Shown here in pieces: positions 45,403 to 57,078 of a DNA stretch of 64,000 bases. This DNA comes from Nitrosopumilus sp. GTDB taxonomy: Archaea > Thermoproteota > Nitrososphaeria > Nitrososphaerales > Nitrosopumilaceae. The stretch lies in assembly GCA_965203315.1 (NCBI GenBank), contig OZ241857.1:288001-352000 (forward strand). Reading direction: 5' to 3'. How positions within the stretch are numbered: the stretch's first letter is position 1; each line of letters opens with the position of its first letter. The translations under genes were made by a program, and so were the position numbers. Below the pieces are notes generated by a model that was given only the letters and a program-made list of their open reading frames with translations, made no database searches and had not been told where the DNA came from.

Positions 45403-47508
45403 TCACAACTCTACGATCACTGCTGCTTTTTGGTTCTCGTCTAGCTCTGCACCGACCGCATTTAGTATGTGTTTGGGCAATACGAGACTAGAAAAGTCCA
45501 TCATCTTTAGATCATTGACTAGATATACGCGTGGCGCAACATCAGAGTGACGAGATTTTAAGAATTCACCCAACTCTTCGACTATGGATATTGCTCCCCC
45601 TTGAAAGATCTTGCCGTTCTTGATTCCTAGTTTCATCTTGCCAAATCTATCCAATATCGCTATGTGATGTCGCTCTCTCTTGCCAAAGAGTCGCTTCAGC
45701 ATTACATGACCCATGAATACTAGATAGTGATCCGATTCAAAGCATAGATCTATTAAATTTGGATTCAATTGCATTATATCTGATACTTGATGCCTGGATT
45801 CATCTAGAGTGAACACACTCTTTGATGTTCCTACACTATCCATCTCTACATTTCCCATTGCAGATACACGCAGTACAGACTTTTCGGCCATATACTCACT
45901 GTCTATACTAACGGACTCTGGTATGGCTCCCTTTTCTACCAACATTTCGTGAATCTTTTTGTGAGCTGTTGCAATCTTTTCTGGGGTTGGGTTTATCATG
46001 GATATCTCTAACTGTTCTTGCAGCAGGGCCGATGCAGCACCTATGGATGATATCACCTCTGCATGTTTGGCTTTCTCGTACTTCATCTGTAACTGCTTTG
46101 TAGCAAATGGTACCAAGACAGATGCTCCTCCACCACCGCCAATAACCTTTGTAGTATGCATATCCATCTTGTACTCTTTGAGTATCTTACTGATCGCTTT
46201 TGTTATCTCGAACGATGATGTCTGTATTATCGACATTGCAGCTTCTGTATACGATGTACCTACATATTCGCCCAACTTTCGCAATGCTACCTTGGCTGAT
46301 GTAATGTTGGCATACGAGTAGTCGTTAGGCTCTATCATCTCTAGCGCATTTGCAGCACATGTGTTTGTTATTGCATATGTGTCATCACCACATCGTATCG
46401 CAACATACTCTGAGTCGTTTGGTTTGGGACGAACCATCACTATCTCTCCTTGCTCCAACTTGGCAGGGTCTGCAAAACAAGAGTACTCTAGTCCCGCAAT
46501 ATGTGCACTGCGAGGACCAACACTAGATATCCTGTTCTGATGTATAGATATCATACTGCCGCCTGCAACTCCAAGTATTCTAACATCCATCGATCTGATA
46601 CATGTGGGATGATCGTTTATCGTCACGTATCGAATCTCTGGTTTGCCGTTCTTTATTATACAGATATTGGTGCTGGTTCCACCAACCTCTACAAATATTC
46701 CATTACTGATCTTTAGATACAACAGTGCACCTGCAACACTAGCTGCAGGACCAGACAAGACAGTCAAGATCGGTTTCGTCTTGAATGTATTCATGTCGGT
46801 TACTCCACCATCACCACGCATTATCAATAGTGGCGCAGAGACACCCACACCTCGTATAGCTTCTTCCACATAATTTGCTACTTGGACTGTCTTGGGTAGT
46901 ACACTTGCATTTACTGTTGCAGTCAGAGTACGAATCTCTAAACCATATACGCCAGACAGTTCATGTGATGATGTAGATGGTAGACCATGTTTTGCAGCAT
47001 GCTCCATCACAAAAGTTTCATTTGATGGATCATCGACACCAAAGGCTTCTGTAGCTACAATAACCTCTGCTCCATCACCCTTTAAGCGATTTATGGTATC
47101 ACCTACCTCTTGTTCTGTTATCAGATGTGATGTATCCAAGAACTCGTGACAGACATCTAGGTCTTGATGTGTATTTATGCTAGGATCATCTAGTTTGGTA
47201 CGTTTTATGACATCTCGTTTGGTGGGACCCACACCCATTGCAACTATGCCCACCTTGTAAGTGTCAGATTCTAGTAATGCATTGATCGCTTGAGTGGTAC
47301 TATGAGATATCAACTCGATATCTTGTACGTTTATTCCAGACTCTTGCACAACCTTGGTTAACGTATTTACAATACCTTCAGAGACTCCTTGTCTTGATCT
47401 ATGTGTTGTAGGTATGGTCGCAAGACCCAGTATATTGCCTGTCTGTATGTCTATAGCTACTGCTTTTGTAAATGTGCCTCCAACGTCAATACCTACTCTG
47501 ATCCTCAA
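45403..47508 (-). CDS. Hydantoinase/oxoprolinase family protein
   Basis: VGIDVGGTFT, HSTTQAINA, SGPAAS, EVGGTSTNI motifs. Confidence 0.9.
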   Translation of the reverse strand: MRIRVGIDVGGTFTKAVAIDIQTGNILGLATIPTTHRSRQGVSEGIVNTLTKVVQESGINVQDIELISHSTTQAINALLESDTYKVGIVAMGVGPTKRDVIKRTKLDDPSINTHQDLDVCHEFLDTSHLITEQEVGDTINRLKGDGAEVIVATEAFGVDDPSNETFVMEHAAKHGLPSTSSHELSGVYGLEIRTLTATVNASVLPKTVQVANYVEEAIRGVGVSAPLLIMRGDGGVTDMNTFKTKPILTVLSGPAASVAGALLYLKISNGIFVEVGGTSTNICIIKNGKPEIRYVTINDHPTCIRSMDVRILGVAGGSMISIHQNRISSVGPRSAHIAGLEYSCFADPAKLEQGEIVMVRPKPNDSEYVAIRCGDDTYAITNTCAANALEMIEPNDYSYANITSAKVALRKLGEYVGTSYTEAAMSIIQTSSFEITKAISKILKEYKMDMHTTKVIGGGGGASVLVPFATKQLQMKYEKAKHAEVISSIGAASALLQEQLEISMINPTPEKIATAHKKIHEMLVEKGAIPESVSIDSEYMAEKSVLRVSAMGNVEMDSVGTSKSVFTLDESRHQVSDIMQLNPNLIDLCFESDHYLVFMGHVMLKRLFGKRERHHIAILDRFGKMKLGIKNGKIFQGGAISIVEELGEFLKSRHSDVAPRVYLVNDLKMMDFSSLVLPKHILNAVGAELDENQKAAVIVEL

Positions 47509-49676
47509 CTGTTTGTACCTCGTGACTTTCGCATCGCAGCAATCTCTCTCTCTCTTCTCGGTCGCATTACCAAGACGTATGTAGCTGCTACTAGATATAT
47601 TCCAAGCAATACTAGCTGGGCGATTACCGTCTCAAGTGTAGGGTATATTCCAGTTAATGTGGCCATGTTGATATCGAGTCTAGGAATTGTACCCAACATA
47701 CTAGTATACGGTACAACATCGATTATCTGTAGTTCACGTATGCCGTTTCCGATAAACGCAATAGATAGATATGCACCTATGCCCATCGTTAGTCCAAACA
47801 ATATTCGTAACGGTAACAACTTTCCGAGTCTCCTCATCACAAAATATATCACGAGCAATGTTCCAATACCTAGTATGAATCCCAATCCGACATACAATTC
47901 TAGATACTTTGCAAAACTAAACATTGCTTGATAGAACAACACTGTCTCAAATCCTTCTCTATACACTGTAAAGAACGACAACATTACAAAGACCATCACA
48001 CTTCCAGTAGTGGTGGCCTGCCAAACTTTGGCCTTTACAAACTCCATCCACTTTTTATGCTCTATCTTGTTTAATATCCAGAAACTCACATAAAACAAGA
48101 CCGCTGTAGCAGATAACGCAGCTATTGCCTCAACGAGTTCTCTGCTCGCGCCAGATATCTCTATGATATATGATGCGACAAACCACGTTGCTGCCGTTGC
48201 ACCAATTGCTGCTATTATTCCATAGTGTACAAAAGGTTTGAATCTATTATTTCGCGATGCTTCTAGATACGTTAAAATCGCTCCAAGAATTAATACGGAT
48301 TCTAACCCTTCTCTAAATATTATCGCAAACGATGCAGTAAAAGCAATCATGGGTGCCAGCTGACCAGTACCAGTTACTAGCCTTTCAGACTCGTCTAGGT
48401 TTCTCTCGATCTCTACTGCTACTCGACGTATCTCTTTGATATCTGCTTGTTCTTTGATCAAGTTTCGCAGTTCAGCAAATTGATACTCTACCTCTAGAGT
48501 AAAATCTGGATCGATTGGACGCAACGGAACTTCTACATGTTCATAACTATCTAGATATGCAGTTCTAGCTGCTGCATACGCTGACGTAATATCTCCTTTT
48601 TCATAGTGTACCAACATGTCTTGTATGGTCGTACGAATAAAGTCTATCTCGTTTCGAACTCGTTCTTGTTGCTCGTTTGTAGAGTCTCCTCTCTCTTTGA
48701 GCTGTTGTTCTGTTGGTTCAACGTTTACTGCTAAATATTCTACAGTTATTGTTCTTGCTCTATCTAGATCACTCTGTATACCTGATAACAACTCTTTGAT
48801 CATCTCTGGACTCTGTTCTTCTTGTATCATCTGTCGTAGATCCTCACGCATTCTGATCTCTAACGAGTACATCAGTTCGGCATCTGCAGCTTCCAAGACC
48901 GGCTCAATATACTCATAGTTTTCTAGATATGCTTCTATTGAATACTCTTCGGCAGATACATAATCGCCTGAATCTATAGCTAGTATCATCTCATTATATA
49001 ATGCGTCTATGGTATTGTATAGTATCATCTGATCATGAGATGCAATTGTACCAGTTAGATCCATTTGAATTGCACCTACTAGCAAACCAATCTTTGAATA
49101 CGGCTCGTTTCTCTCTACCAGTTCTGTCAGATCAGCAAAGAACGAGAGTTGTTCTAAATCCAACATTACTTTTTCATCTGCGTCGCTCTCATAGATCTCT
49201 CTCGCTCTGTCAAATAGTATCTTTGCTATATCGTACGCAGCCTCGTTTTCGTTCTTTTCAGATATTTGATATTGCTCATCAGCTATGGTCAAGAGGTCAA
49301 CTATTGTACCCTCTGGTGCCGGAATATCGTACATCTCTAATCTCTCTGTTATGTTTGATATCGAGTTTATGGCACTAGGTGTGTCTAGTTGTGGTATATC
49401 TAGTATATCTAGATGTATCTCGTCTGTCAACGTACTGTCAAACTCACGTAACGTTGAGAGACCTAGACCAAAATGTCTCGATGCAACCTCTAACGAATAC
49501 TTTGCTGCCTCTGTATCACCATCTTGATATCGAGTATCTGCTACCATCAGCCCCGCCTTTGCCGTCTCTAGTGTTGCAATTGGTGAGCCTGTCAGACTCT
49601 GATATGATATATTGGGAAGTGCTAGAAAGAGCAAGATTATTCCTGTTATGACTGTCATAGTCCTGTTGTGCGTCAA
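47505..49676 (-). CDS. FTR1-family iron permease with a large extracellular N-terminal region
   Basis: Two REGxE motifs (FREGLE, YREGFE), AYLENYE / AYLDSYE repeats, multi-TM C-terminus. Confidence 0.92.
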   Translation of the reverse strand: MTHNRTMTVITGIILLFLALPNISYQSLTGSPIATLETAKAGLMVADTRYQDGDTEAAKYSLEVASRHFGLGLSTLREFDSTLTDEIHLDILDIPQLDTPSAINSISNITERLEMYDIPAPEGTIVDLLTIADEQYQISEKNENEAAYDIAKILFDRAREIYESDADEKVMLDLEQLSFFADLTELVERNEPYSKIGLLVGAIQMDLTGTIASHDQMILYNTIDALYNEMILAIDSGDYVSAEEYSIEAYLENYEYIEPVLEAADAELMYSLEIRMREDLRQMIQEEQSPEMIKELLSGIQSDLDRARTITVEYLAVNVEPTEQQLKERGDSTNEQQERVRNEIDFIRTTIQDMLVHYEKGDITSAYAAARTAYLDSYEHVEVPLRPIDPDFTLEVEYQFAELRNLIKEQADIKEIRRVAVEIERNLDESERLVTGTGQLAPMIAFTASFAIIFREGLESVLILGAILTYLEASRNNRFKPFVHYGIIAAIGATAATWFVASYIIEISGASRELVEAIAALSATAVLFYVSFWILNKIEHKKWMEFVKAKVWQATTTGSVMVFVMLSFFTVYREGFETVLFYQAMFSFAKYLELYVGLGFILGIGTLLVIYFVMRRLGKLLPLRILFGLTMGIGAYLSIAFIGNGIRELQIIDVVPYTSMLGTIPRLDINMATLTGIYPTLETVIAQLVLLGIYLVAATYVLVMRPRREREIAAMRKSRGTNS

Positions 49677-50062
49677 TATGCTGTACTTGACTCTGTGTGG
49701 TTGTTATTTAAAAAACAACTTGATTCTAAACTTTTAGAACATCTCTTTATCGTGTATGGTGTCTCTAATGTGGTCTATCGAGTCCTCGAGATGTCTATAC
49801 ATTAGATCTGTGTGGGAACAGGCCATATTGACTATGTGCAGATCTGCATGATACTTGTAACCGTTATTGCATGGTCTAGGATCTGTTCAGTTTACAGTCA
49901 ATATATCGTTCACAATCAAAGTATGTTTTTGTAGTATACTGCAAAGTAGATCTATGATCAACGTCCATCTTGTCAATGTGTCAAAGTATGCTTTTGTAGA
50001 GTTAAAGACATCCGTTATCAACCGAATCAAACAACTGTTTTATACAAAAAGGGTTATCAGAG

Positions 50063-50563
50063 TTATCTACGAATATGTTTAAAATCCTTAGGCATTCGGA
50101 ATTCAGAATTGTATAACAGGGTTAGAATCTCATCAGCCTCATCAAAGCTTTTAATTCCTTTATCTTCCAACATTAGGATCAATCCAATTAATCCTATGTG
50201 TTTTAGTTTTGAGTTTGATGCTAGCTTTCGTGCATCACCATCATCTAATACGCAGTAGACATTATTCTTGCATCCTCCTAGTTTCAAATAGGTCAAGATT
50301 ACATCTATCTCGCCATATTCTAGCCTGTGTCCTACTAGTTGAAAAGTTTCGATCTCTTTTAGCGAATTGATTTCTATTCGTTTGAGTTTACGTTCTTTGA
50401 GTAATTTTTGAACATTTATGCGTGATGGCTTGGACTCTAACTCTTTTTGAACATATTTTGGGATCACTAGTTCATGTCCCAACTTTAAAATATCATCAAA
50501 GACGTCTGGTCTATTGATATCGTCAAATATTCCAATCAATACAGACGAATCCAATATCTTCAT
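50063..50563 (-). CDS. PIN-domain putative toxin copy 4 (intact)
   Basis: LDSS/GEID/LDD motifs, HIGLIGLI; ends SEFRMPKDFKHIRR. Confidence 0.82.
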   Translation of the reverse strand: MKILDSSVLIGIFDDINRPDVFDDILKLGHELVIPKYVQKELESKPSRINVQKLLKERKLKRIEINSLKEIETFQLVGHRLEYGEIDVILTYLKLGGCKNNVYCVLDDGDARKLASNSKLKHIGLIGLILMLEDKGIKSFDEADEILTLLYNSEFRMPKDFKHIRR

Positions 50564-51174
50564 AACTCTAGTCTCAATAGTCCTCTAGCACGCATCTTGT
50601 CGCGCATATAGTATATTGATTTGCCCAACAACTCTCCTCCTCGTCCACCGCTAAACTTTTCTTTTGCAATCATTGAAAATATATGCTCTTCGATATCTGG
50701 TTTGAGTTTTTCATATGTTTTAGAACCTTTGGTCATCTCTGGATACTTGCAGTACATGTATGATAACATCTCTGGAATAGTTACATCATTTAAGGAATCT
50801 TTATAGTTATGAAATACCCATGACATCTTTGGGTCAAGTAGGTCTGGAACTTCTGGGAATCCACCTTTCTCCTCTCCAATGATTCTGGCGTACTCTGTGC
50901 TATGTTTGGTTAATTGAATGACGTTGTCGTTTTCTACCAGCATGTTCATTTGTACTAGACGCGCCAAAGTATCCTCCAGAACAGTACTGTATGGTCCATC
51001 ATCTCTTATTGTAAAATCACACCACTCTCTTATTTCTGGATAGGGATCACCCAGTACGTACATCATTAGTTGAAGTTTATGTCTACCGTGTATGGGCTCA
51101 TCATCTACGTATGCCAGTAAAATGATGTACTTTTCTAGTTCGCTGATCTCCAGAGTTGCAGTGTCTATTGCCAT
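50560..51174 (-). CDS. Putative antitoxin copy 4 (wHTH + UPF0175)
   Basis: Paralogue of copies 1-3; ATGA overlap with the PIN gene. Confidence 0.78.
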   Translation of the reverse strand: MAIDTATLEISELEKYIILLAYVDDEPIHGRHKLQLMMYVLGDPYPEIREWCDFTIRDDGPYSTVLEDTLARLVQMNMLVENDNVIQLTKHSTEYARIIGEEKGGFPEVPDLLDPKMSWVFHNYKDSLNDVTIPEMLSYMYCKYPEMTKGSKTYEKLKPDIEEHIFSMIAKEKFSGGRGGELLGKSIYYMRDKMRARGLLRLEL

Positions 51175-51274
51175 GCCATGTTATCCATATAACGACATAA
51201 AAATATTCTAGAATTGTACAGTCATGGTCCAGTACGATCCTTTTCGGTTTGATATTGTTAGTGGTTAAATTTTA

Positions 51275-51447
51275 GGTTCTGTTCATTTGACGAGGGTTGT
51301 CATTTTCTGCACAAAATTCTTGAAAATTTTGCAAATATGGATGGTCTCACATCTACTATCACAAACTGCGGCTGTTTTGAGTCTCATATTGAGCGTTCTT
51401 TAAGATAACGTCATCTCGATCTCAGCCCTCGTCAAATGAACAGAACT
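51275..51447. mobile_element. MITE family M3 copy
   Basis: GGTTCTGTTCATTTGACGAGGG ... CCCTCGTCAAATGAACAGAAC; interior is the reverse-complement homologue of 7482-7655. Confidence 0.8.
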
Positions 51448-51709
51448 TTATTCTAGTCAATAGACTGCTTGAAACGACTTTTCTAACACTGCCAATAGTC
51501 ACCACTCGGTAAGTTGAATGAACCCGGATTTACAATATGTCTCTGTTTTTGACAATAATTATACAAATTACTGAAAAATGACTTTTGCATGGACTCTTTA
51601 AATTTTGTGCAAAATATGGGAAAACTCTTGGACCACAAATCTAGTCAATTTAACAGAACCTCGAACGTAACACAAACACTTTTAAAGCCTCCTGTAGAGT
51701 CACATTATA

Positions 51710-52306
51710 ATGAACATTAATCTTATAGTTGGTATAATTATTTTAGTTATTGTTGTTGCTATCGTTGCTGTGTTTTATGTGACACACACATTAAATTTAG
51801 AAAAAGAAATTTCCACCATTACATCAATTGTGACAATCGGCTCATTGATTATAGCACCTTTATGGTACTTTATTAAAAGAAATTCAAGAGAAAAATCAGA
51901 GAAAAAACGAATATCAATTAATCTTTATTATGAACTTGAATATATTTTTGAGTTATTAAATTCTAAAGAACTAAAAAATCACATTATTACAAATGAGGGT
52001 AAAAAAATTCATTTTATAAACGCGTTTTTCAATCATGATGTATATGATAGTTTAGTAATATCTGGTCAATTTAATTTTCTTGAATATGATTTACAACAAC
52101 CAATTCAAAGTATTTTTAAATCTATAAAATTTCACAATGATTTGACGGAACAAAATATAATTAAACACCCACAGGATAATTTATCAAAAGAAACAAATCT
52201 AGTCTGTGCACGTATGGAAAAAAGTGAAGAAAGGCTAAAAAGAAGCATACCTGAAATGATGAACCAATTAAAAACCCGATATAAAATAGAAATAAATGAT
52301 TGTTAA
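51710..52306 (+). CDS. Hypothetical membrane-anchored protein
   Basis: Two N-terminal hydrophobic helices; very AT-rich; TTTAAA box ~25 bp upstream. Confidence 0.6.
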   Translation: MNINLIVGIIILVIVVAIVAVFYVTHTLNLEKEISTITSIVTIGSLIIAPLWYFIKRNSREKSEKKRISINLYYELEYIFELLNSKELKNHIITNEGKKIHFINAFFNHDVYDSLVISGQFNFLEYDLQQPIQSIFKSIKFHNDLTEQNIIKHPQDNLSKETNLVCARMEKSEERLKRSIPEMMNQLKTRYKIEINDC

Positions 52307-52987
52307 TCAATTATCGGATGATTTTTCATCATCGCATTCTTCATCACATTTATGGTAATACGGCAAGTCTAGTGCTTCTACTCCACCACGTAACATGCCA
52401 TACTCGTCATAGATGCTTTTTTTCTTACTCTTTGCGTCTTTTTCCATATGTTATATATGATGATGTATCATACATAAAAGTCTTGGCGATTGCTCACTTC
52501 GAGCCACTAAGCGTATGTTGCATCAATAAATCAAACAGACTTGCACTCTTGGTTATTGTATCATCACTCCGTCTCTGAGACACAATAGAAATTTCTTTGA
52601 ACTCATACCACGATGCTTGGCCAAGTTCTGTTTTGCAAAGATCCATGATTCTGTTATTTCGTTGATGTGCACTTCCACTCGCAAAGACGTTCTGGTGATC
52701 AACTGATTCTCGCTGGTATCCATGAAAGACCGGTGTATCATACACGTCATTTCTTACCTCAAGAAGAGATATCAAATTCATCAAGACTTGCGTCTAAATT
52801 TGATCATATTTGCTTAGGGGCTCGAAATGAGCAATCTCCAAGAAATCTTGTAAATATCGTAAATTTGGATTCAAAAACGCCCAAATACATGAAATCGACC
52901 AAAAAGATATAAAATTTACAAAGGATTTCTTTGGCTCCTAAAGATGCAACAGAACACTTGAACCTGATGTTATAACAGTTCTGGTCA

Positions 52988-54535
52988 TCAAGACTTTGAT
53001 GGAGTCTTTGTGTCGGCACTAGTTGACTGGACCGACTCGCCCTTTGGTTTTTGTACCTGAATCTCTGCCTCTAGTTCTTTCTGCTTCTCGGGAGCGGGTA
53101 TCTCATCTGCTTGTTTCTGAGGTTCAGCTAGTGGCAGCATCTCTTCTTGTGCGGGTTTTGGTGGTGGAGGCGGCGCATTCTTTTGCTCATTCACTCCATA
53201 TCTGTATATGTGGAAGAATGCCGCAAACACTAGCAAGACTATTCCTACAAACAAGAGCGAGACGTTGTTCATTCCAGCTAGTGCTGCATTGTACGCTGCA
53301 ATGTTGAGGAATACCTGAAATGCAAGCAATGCAACCAAGAGCCAATTGATCCACTTTTCTGATAGATTGATGACTGCAACCTTTTTTGGCCCTGTGTTCT
53401 TTGCAAGTTTTGATTTGCGTTCTGCCTCGTTTGCAAGTTTTATCATCATATACGTGAACCCAAATCCTAGCGGAACCAGTAGTATCATCACCGAATAGAA
53501 GAATATCGGGTCTATCAACAGTCTCTCCACAAGTGATACATTGATATCAGGCGAGATGTAGAATCCCCAGTATGTGGTAACCATTATCTGTGCTAAACTG
53601 GTTATTCCGAATGCTGTAATTATCGGTCTATCTCTCCATGAGAACTTTTTGTATCTGTCTATAAACGGTATCAACACAAACGATATGATAAAGATCAACG
53701 GCCACAGCAACCCCGTTACAAACTTGTCATACTGCGTTCTCATGAACGCATAGATTCCTGTCAAGTACCATTCTGGTACAGTAACTCCTGGCGGAGTATT
53801 GGGCTCGAACTTGAATCCTAAATCGATAGGAAAGACTCCTCCAGTAATCAGTATCGCACCAGATATGGCCATAACCATCGGTACATCAAATACCAGAAAT
53901 CTTGGAAAGTGTACAGCCATGAGACCTAGCATCACTATCGGTAACAAGAACACGTGCTGTGCATAAAATCTGAGAACAAAGTCTGAGAATCCACTACCAA
54001 GCGCCGCATCTCGAATGGTTGGTCCTACAACAGGTATTGACGAAGTAAGAGATGCTGCAATACTGATTGCAAGCTGGGCACGTTCACTAAATATTACGTC
54101 ATATCCTGTAAATGCCTCCAAGATGGTAACTACACCCAAGATGACACCTGTCATCCATAGTACCTCGTTTCGTATCTTGTATCTTCCACTAAAGTACTGG
54201 TAATACATGTGTAGTACGGCAAGTAAGACCATGGCATTAGATCCATGATAGTGAATGTTTCGTATATGGAATCCAAATGGCACCTCGTCATTGATAAACT
54301 GAACACTATCCCACGCCCTATCCAATACAGGTTGATAATAGAACATCAAGAGTGCGCCAGATATTCCTAGTATCACAAATACGATAAACGTGAGCATTCC
54401 GAGAAATCCAAAAGGACTTACAAATCTAGCTGGAAATGAAAACTTTATAGCTGTAAATATTGTTCTATCGACGCCATCCCATAGCCAATAAAAGAAGGCG
54501 ACTGCGCCTGTACGTCGCTCAAGCGAAACGACCAT
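52988..54535 (-). CDS. petB: Cytochrome b of the bc-type complex
   Basis: RNIHYHGSN...VLHM heme ligands, PEWY motif, multiple TM helices. Confidence 0.95.
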   Translation of the reverse strand: MVVSLERRTGAVAFFYWLWDGVDRTIFTAIKFSFPARFVSPFGFLGMLTFIVFVILGISGALLMFYYQPVLDRAWDSVQFINDEVPFGFHIRNIHYHGSNAMVLLAVLHMYYQYFSGRYKIRNEVLWMTGVILGVVTILEAFTGYDVIFSERAQLAISIAASLTSSIPVVGPTIRDAALGSGFSDFVLRFYAQHVFLLPIVMLGLMAVHFPRFLVFDVPMVMAISGAILITGGVFPIDLGFKFEPNTPPGVTVPEWYLTGIYAFMRTQYDKFVTGLLWPLIFIISFVLIPFIDRYKKFSWRDRPIITAFGITSLAQIMVTTYWGFYISPDINVSLVERLLIDPIFFYSVMILLVPLGFGFTYMMIKLANEAERKSKLAKNTGPKKVAVINLSEKWINWLLVALLAFQVFLNIAAYNAALAGMNNVSLLFVGIVLLVFAAFFHIYRYGVNEQKNAPPPPPKPAQEEMLPLAEPQKQADEIPAPEKQKELEAEIQVQKPKGESVQSTSADTKTPSKS

Positions 54536-55124
54536 ATCCTATGACTCCATTATCGTTTACGCCAAACTTTGGTGGCATTACATACACTAGCCCTGCACTG
54601 TCTACATCTAGTGTAAGCTGTGGTAGTGCATTTGACGGTGCAGCTTGGACCGATGCTGGACCTACAAAAGCTACTCCTGTGGTGGCATCGTACATACTAC
54701 CGTGACAAGGACATTCGCCTCGTTTTCTGTTCTCATCTGGCCAATACTTCCATAGACACCACAGATGCAGACATATCATGCTGTATGCTCTTATTGCTGT
54801 TGGATCGTTCTTGGCACCTCCCAACTCTTCTGGCAGTCTGATGAACTGCCATTTACGAAATGCCTCCGCGTCTAGGGCTGCATCACCTGTTGCAGGATAC
54901 GTGATGACTTCGGCATGATTGATCGGATATGTGTTCATGTTTGCCTGTGTGCCATCTGGTAGAATGACTGGCACCTTTTCGAGTGATGACCGTGCTGGAT
55001 TTGGCATGAATTGACCAAAGGGTACAAACGGCGCAAACGCCAAGCCTGTACCAGCTGCACCCATCAGCTTTAAAAAGTCACGTCTAGATAATCCATCAGA
55101 CTTTTTCACACCAAGCTCTGACAT
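54519..55124 (-). CDS. petC: Rieske 2Fe-2S protein with Tat signal
   Basis: SRRDFLK; CLHLWC and CPCHGS motifs; overlaps the cytochrome b start. Confidence 0.93.
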   Translation of the reverse strand: MSELGVKKSDGLSRRDFLKLMGAAGTGLAFAPFVPFGQFMPNPARSSLEKVPVILPDGTQANMNTYPINHAEVITYPATGDAALDAEAFRKWQFIRLPEELGGAKNDPTAIRAYSMICLHLWCLWKYWPDENRKRGECPCHGSMYDATTGVAFVGPASVQAAPSNALPQLTLDVDSAGLVYVMPPKFGVNDNGVIGYGRFA

Positions 55125-55245
55125 CCAAGCTGTCGTACTTGGCAAATTGTTTATAAACCTTGTTCAAATGTTTGTCAAGTGCTCACTTACAGATTCGAAT
55201 ATGTGATATCTTGTATCTGAGAGGCTGCGGGATAGGTTTGGTACA

Positions 55246-55420
55246 GGTTCTGTCCAATCGACATGGGTTGGCATTTTCTACACAAAATTCTCGAAACTTT
55301 GCAAAACATGGAAACGGCCTCATACCAGTTATCGTAAATTATTGCTGTTTTGAGTCAAATATTGCATGTTCTTTGAGATATCGTCATAACGATCTCAGCC
55401 CACGTCAATCGAACAGAACT
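55246..55420. mobile_element. MITE family M3 copy
   Basis: GGTTCTGTCCAATCGAC ... GTCAATCGAACAGAAC; homologous to 51275-51447. Confidence 0.78.
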
Positions 55421-55829
55421 TGATGTACTTTTTGCGTTTGATCTGAGTGTCTGCAAACTAGGTGCACGAAGACTGTTAAACTAGGTACCCGCTACTCATT
55501 ATGTCTGGCAGAGATCTATGTTGCGAACATGCCGTAAATGGACCAAAAGCGTCTGTAATGTGCTATAGATCTTGAAGATGGCAGAGGCTCATAAGCGTCA
55601 CATAGACTGTGTTGCTATCCTGTTAAATTCATCGAATTTGAGCCCGGTATGAAACCAGTTGCGTATCATAGTTTTTAATCATGGTTTCATTTTCCACATA
55701 TTGGTTATCTGTCCGATGTTAGGCTTAGAGATCATCTGTGGTACTAACAGAGATATCTGCGATGAGTCAGAGATATCACCAAAATCTGGGGTGGCTTGTC
55801 GAATAGATGATTGGATAAACTGAGTATTC

Positions 55830-56315
55830 GTAGCTGATGAGGTTCACGTCCATTTTGATGACAACTGTAGAGGCAAAGTATGGTATTACATAGGAAAGCC
55901 TGCACGCATTCCACACGAGAACAAATATTGGAGTTTCAGATACTTTGTCGCGTACAGTCTAGATGGAAAGATGTTTGTAAGAAAGTACTCCAAAGGATTC
56001 ACAGCAAAAGTTTTTGTAAAATACTTGCAACAGATGTACGATCGCTATGGTAGGTTTGCAATAGTTCTAGACAATGCTAGACCACATACTGCAAAAATGG
56101 TCAAAGAGTTTTGTGACGAGATGGGAATACTTTTGATATTTCTACCCGTAGGGCGACCAGAGCTCAGTATAATCGGGACTATCTGGCATCTACTAAAAAG
56201 TAAACACATACACGGTCAGTTTCACGAAGATGTTGTTAAACTAGAGAAAAAGATACGTGGCTTGGACAAAAATTTGACTTGGATATCTTTGAATATTTGC
56301 AAAGAAACGTACTAG
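55830..56315 (+). pseudogene. IS630-family transposase remnant
   Basis: ADEVH upstream; IVLDNARPH...FLPVGRPELSII..IWHLLK. Confidence 0.75.
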
Positions 56316-56622
56316 ATGGTCAGTAAAACAAATCTGCTCATAGAATTTGTATCCGCCATTACAAATATCTGCACTTTGCTCGTACTCTATCAACAACTGT
56401 TATGTTTCTCTTAAAATTTACAAAGTCTTTGTGCAGATTGACAAAAAACCATCTCTAGACACGTTTAATCACTAAAACAGACGATCAAAGTGGTATCTGA
56501 TGAATTATTTGTGCCAAAACTCATCCATGTGATTATTTTTGTCGGTATATTATCCTATGGGACTCAATGGTAAAAAACTAGAGCACGGTACGAGCCAAAA
56601 GAGAATTATGAATAAGGTCTAT

Positions 56623-57078
56623 TTAGTAATTTAGCTTTTTCTCAAAAAACTCTTCATAACGCTCTGTCTCTATGCCAGGGTTTTTATCTAAATAAATTAA
56701 ATCTCTAATACCGCCATTTGCAAATTCTTCACAAATATTTACAATCTTCTTTCCGTCTGCTAGGGTGGAGAGTTCAGGTTCTACGGACAGTGCGACAGCA
56801 CACATCCACCATGATTCTTTTTCCGTAAGGGCATCACGTCTAATTGTGTTTGAGCGCTTTTTTATTTTTTCACGTTTGCCACTATCTACTCCGATCGCCA
56901 TTGCAAGTAAAAATATGTCGAGTTGTCGTTTTTTGTAAAAAAATGAATCCTTTTTAACTACTGCTCCTTCCCTTTCTATAGATGTGGAATAAAAGTTTAC
57001 AATCTCGTCATCAGATTGCTCAAAAGACATATTGAAAGGCCAATCTTCTTGTAAGCGTCTTGCTCTGTTACTAACCAT
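56623..57078 (-). CDS. Small DndE / dnd-associated protein 4 / PbeD-like protein
   Basis: DIFLLAMAIG...ICEEFANGGI pattern; overlaps the SMC ATPase stop. Confidence 0.6.
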   Translation of the reverse strand: MVSNRARRLQEDWPFNMSFEQSDDEIVNFYSTSIEREGAVVKKDSFFYKKRQLDIFLLAMAIGVDSGKREKIKKRSNTIRRDALTEKESWWMCAVALSVEPELSTLADGKKIVNICEEFANGGIRDLIYLDKNPGIETERYEEFFEKKLNY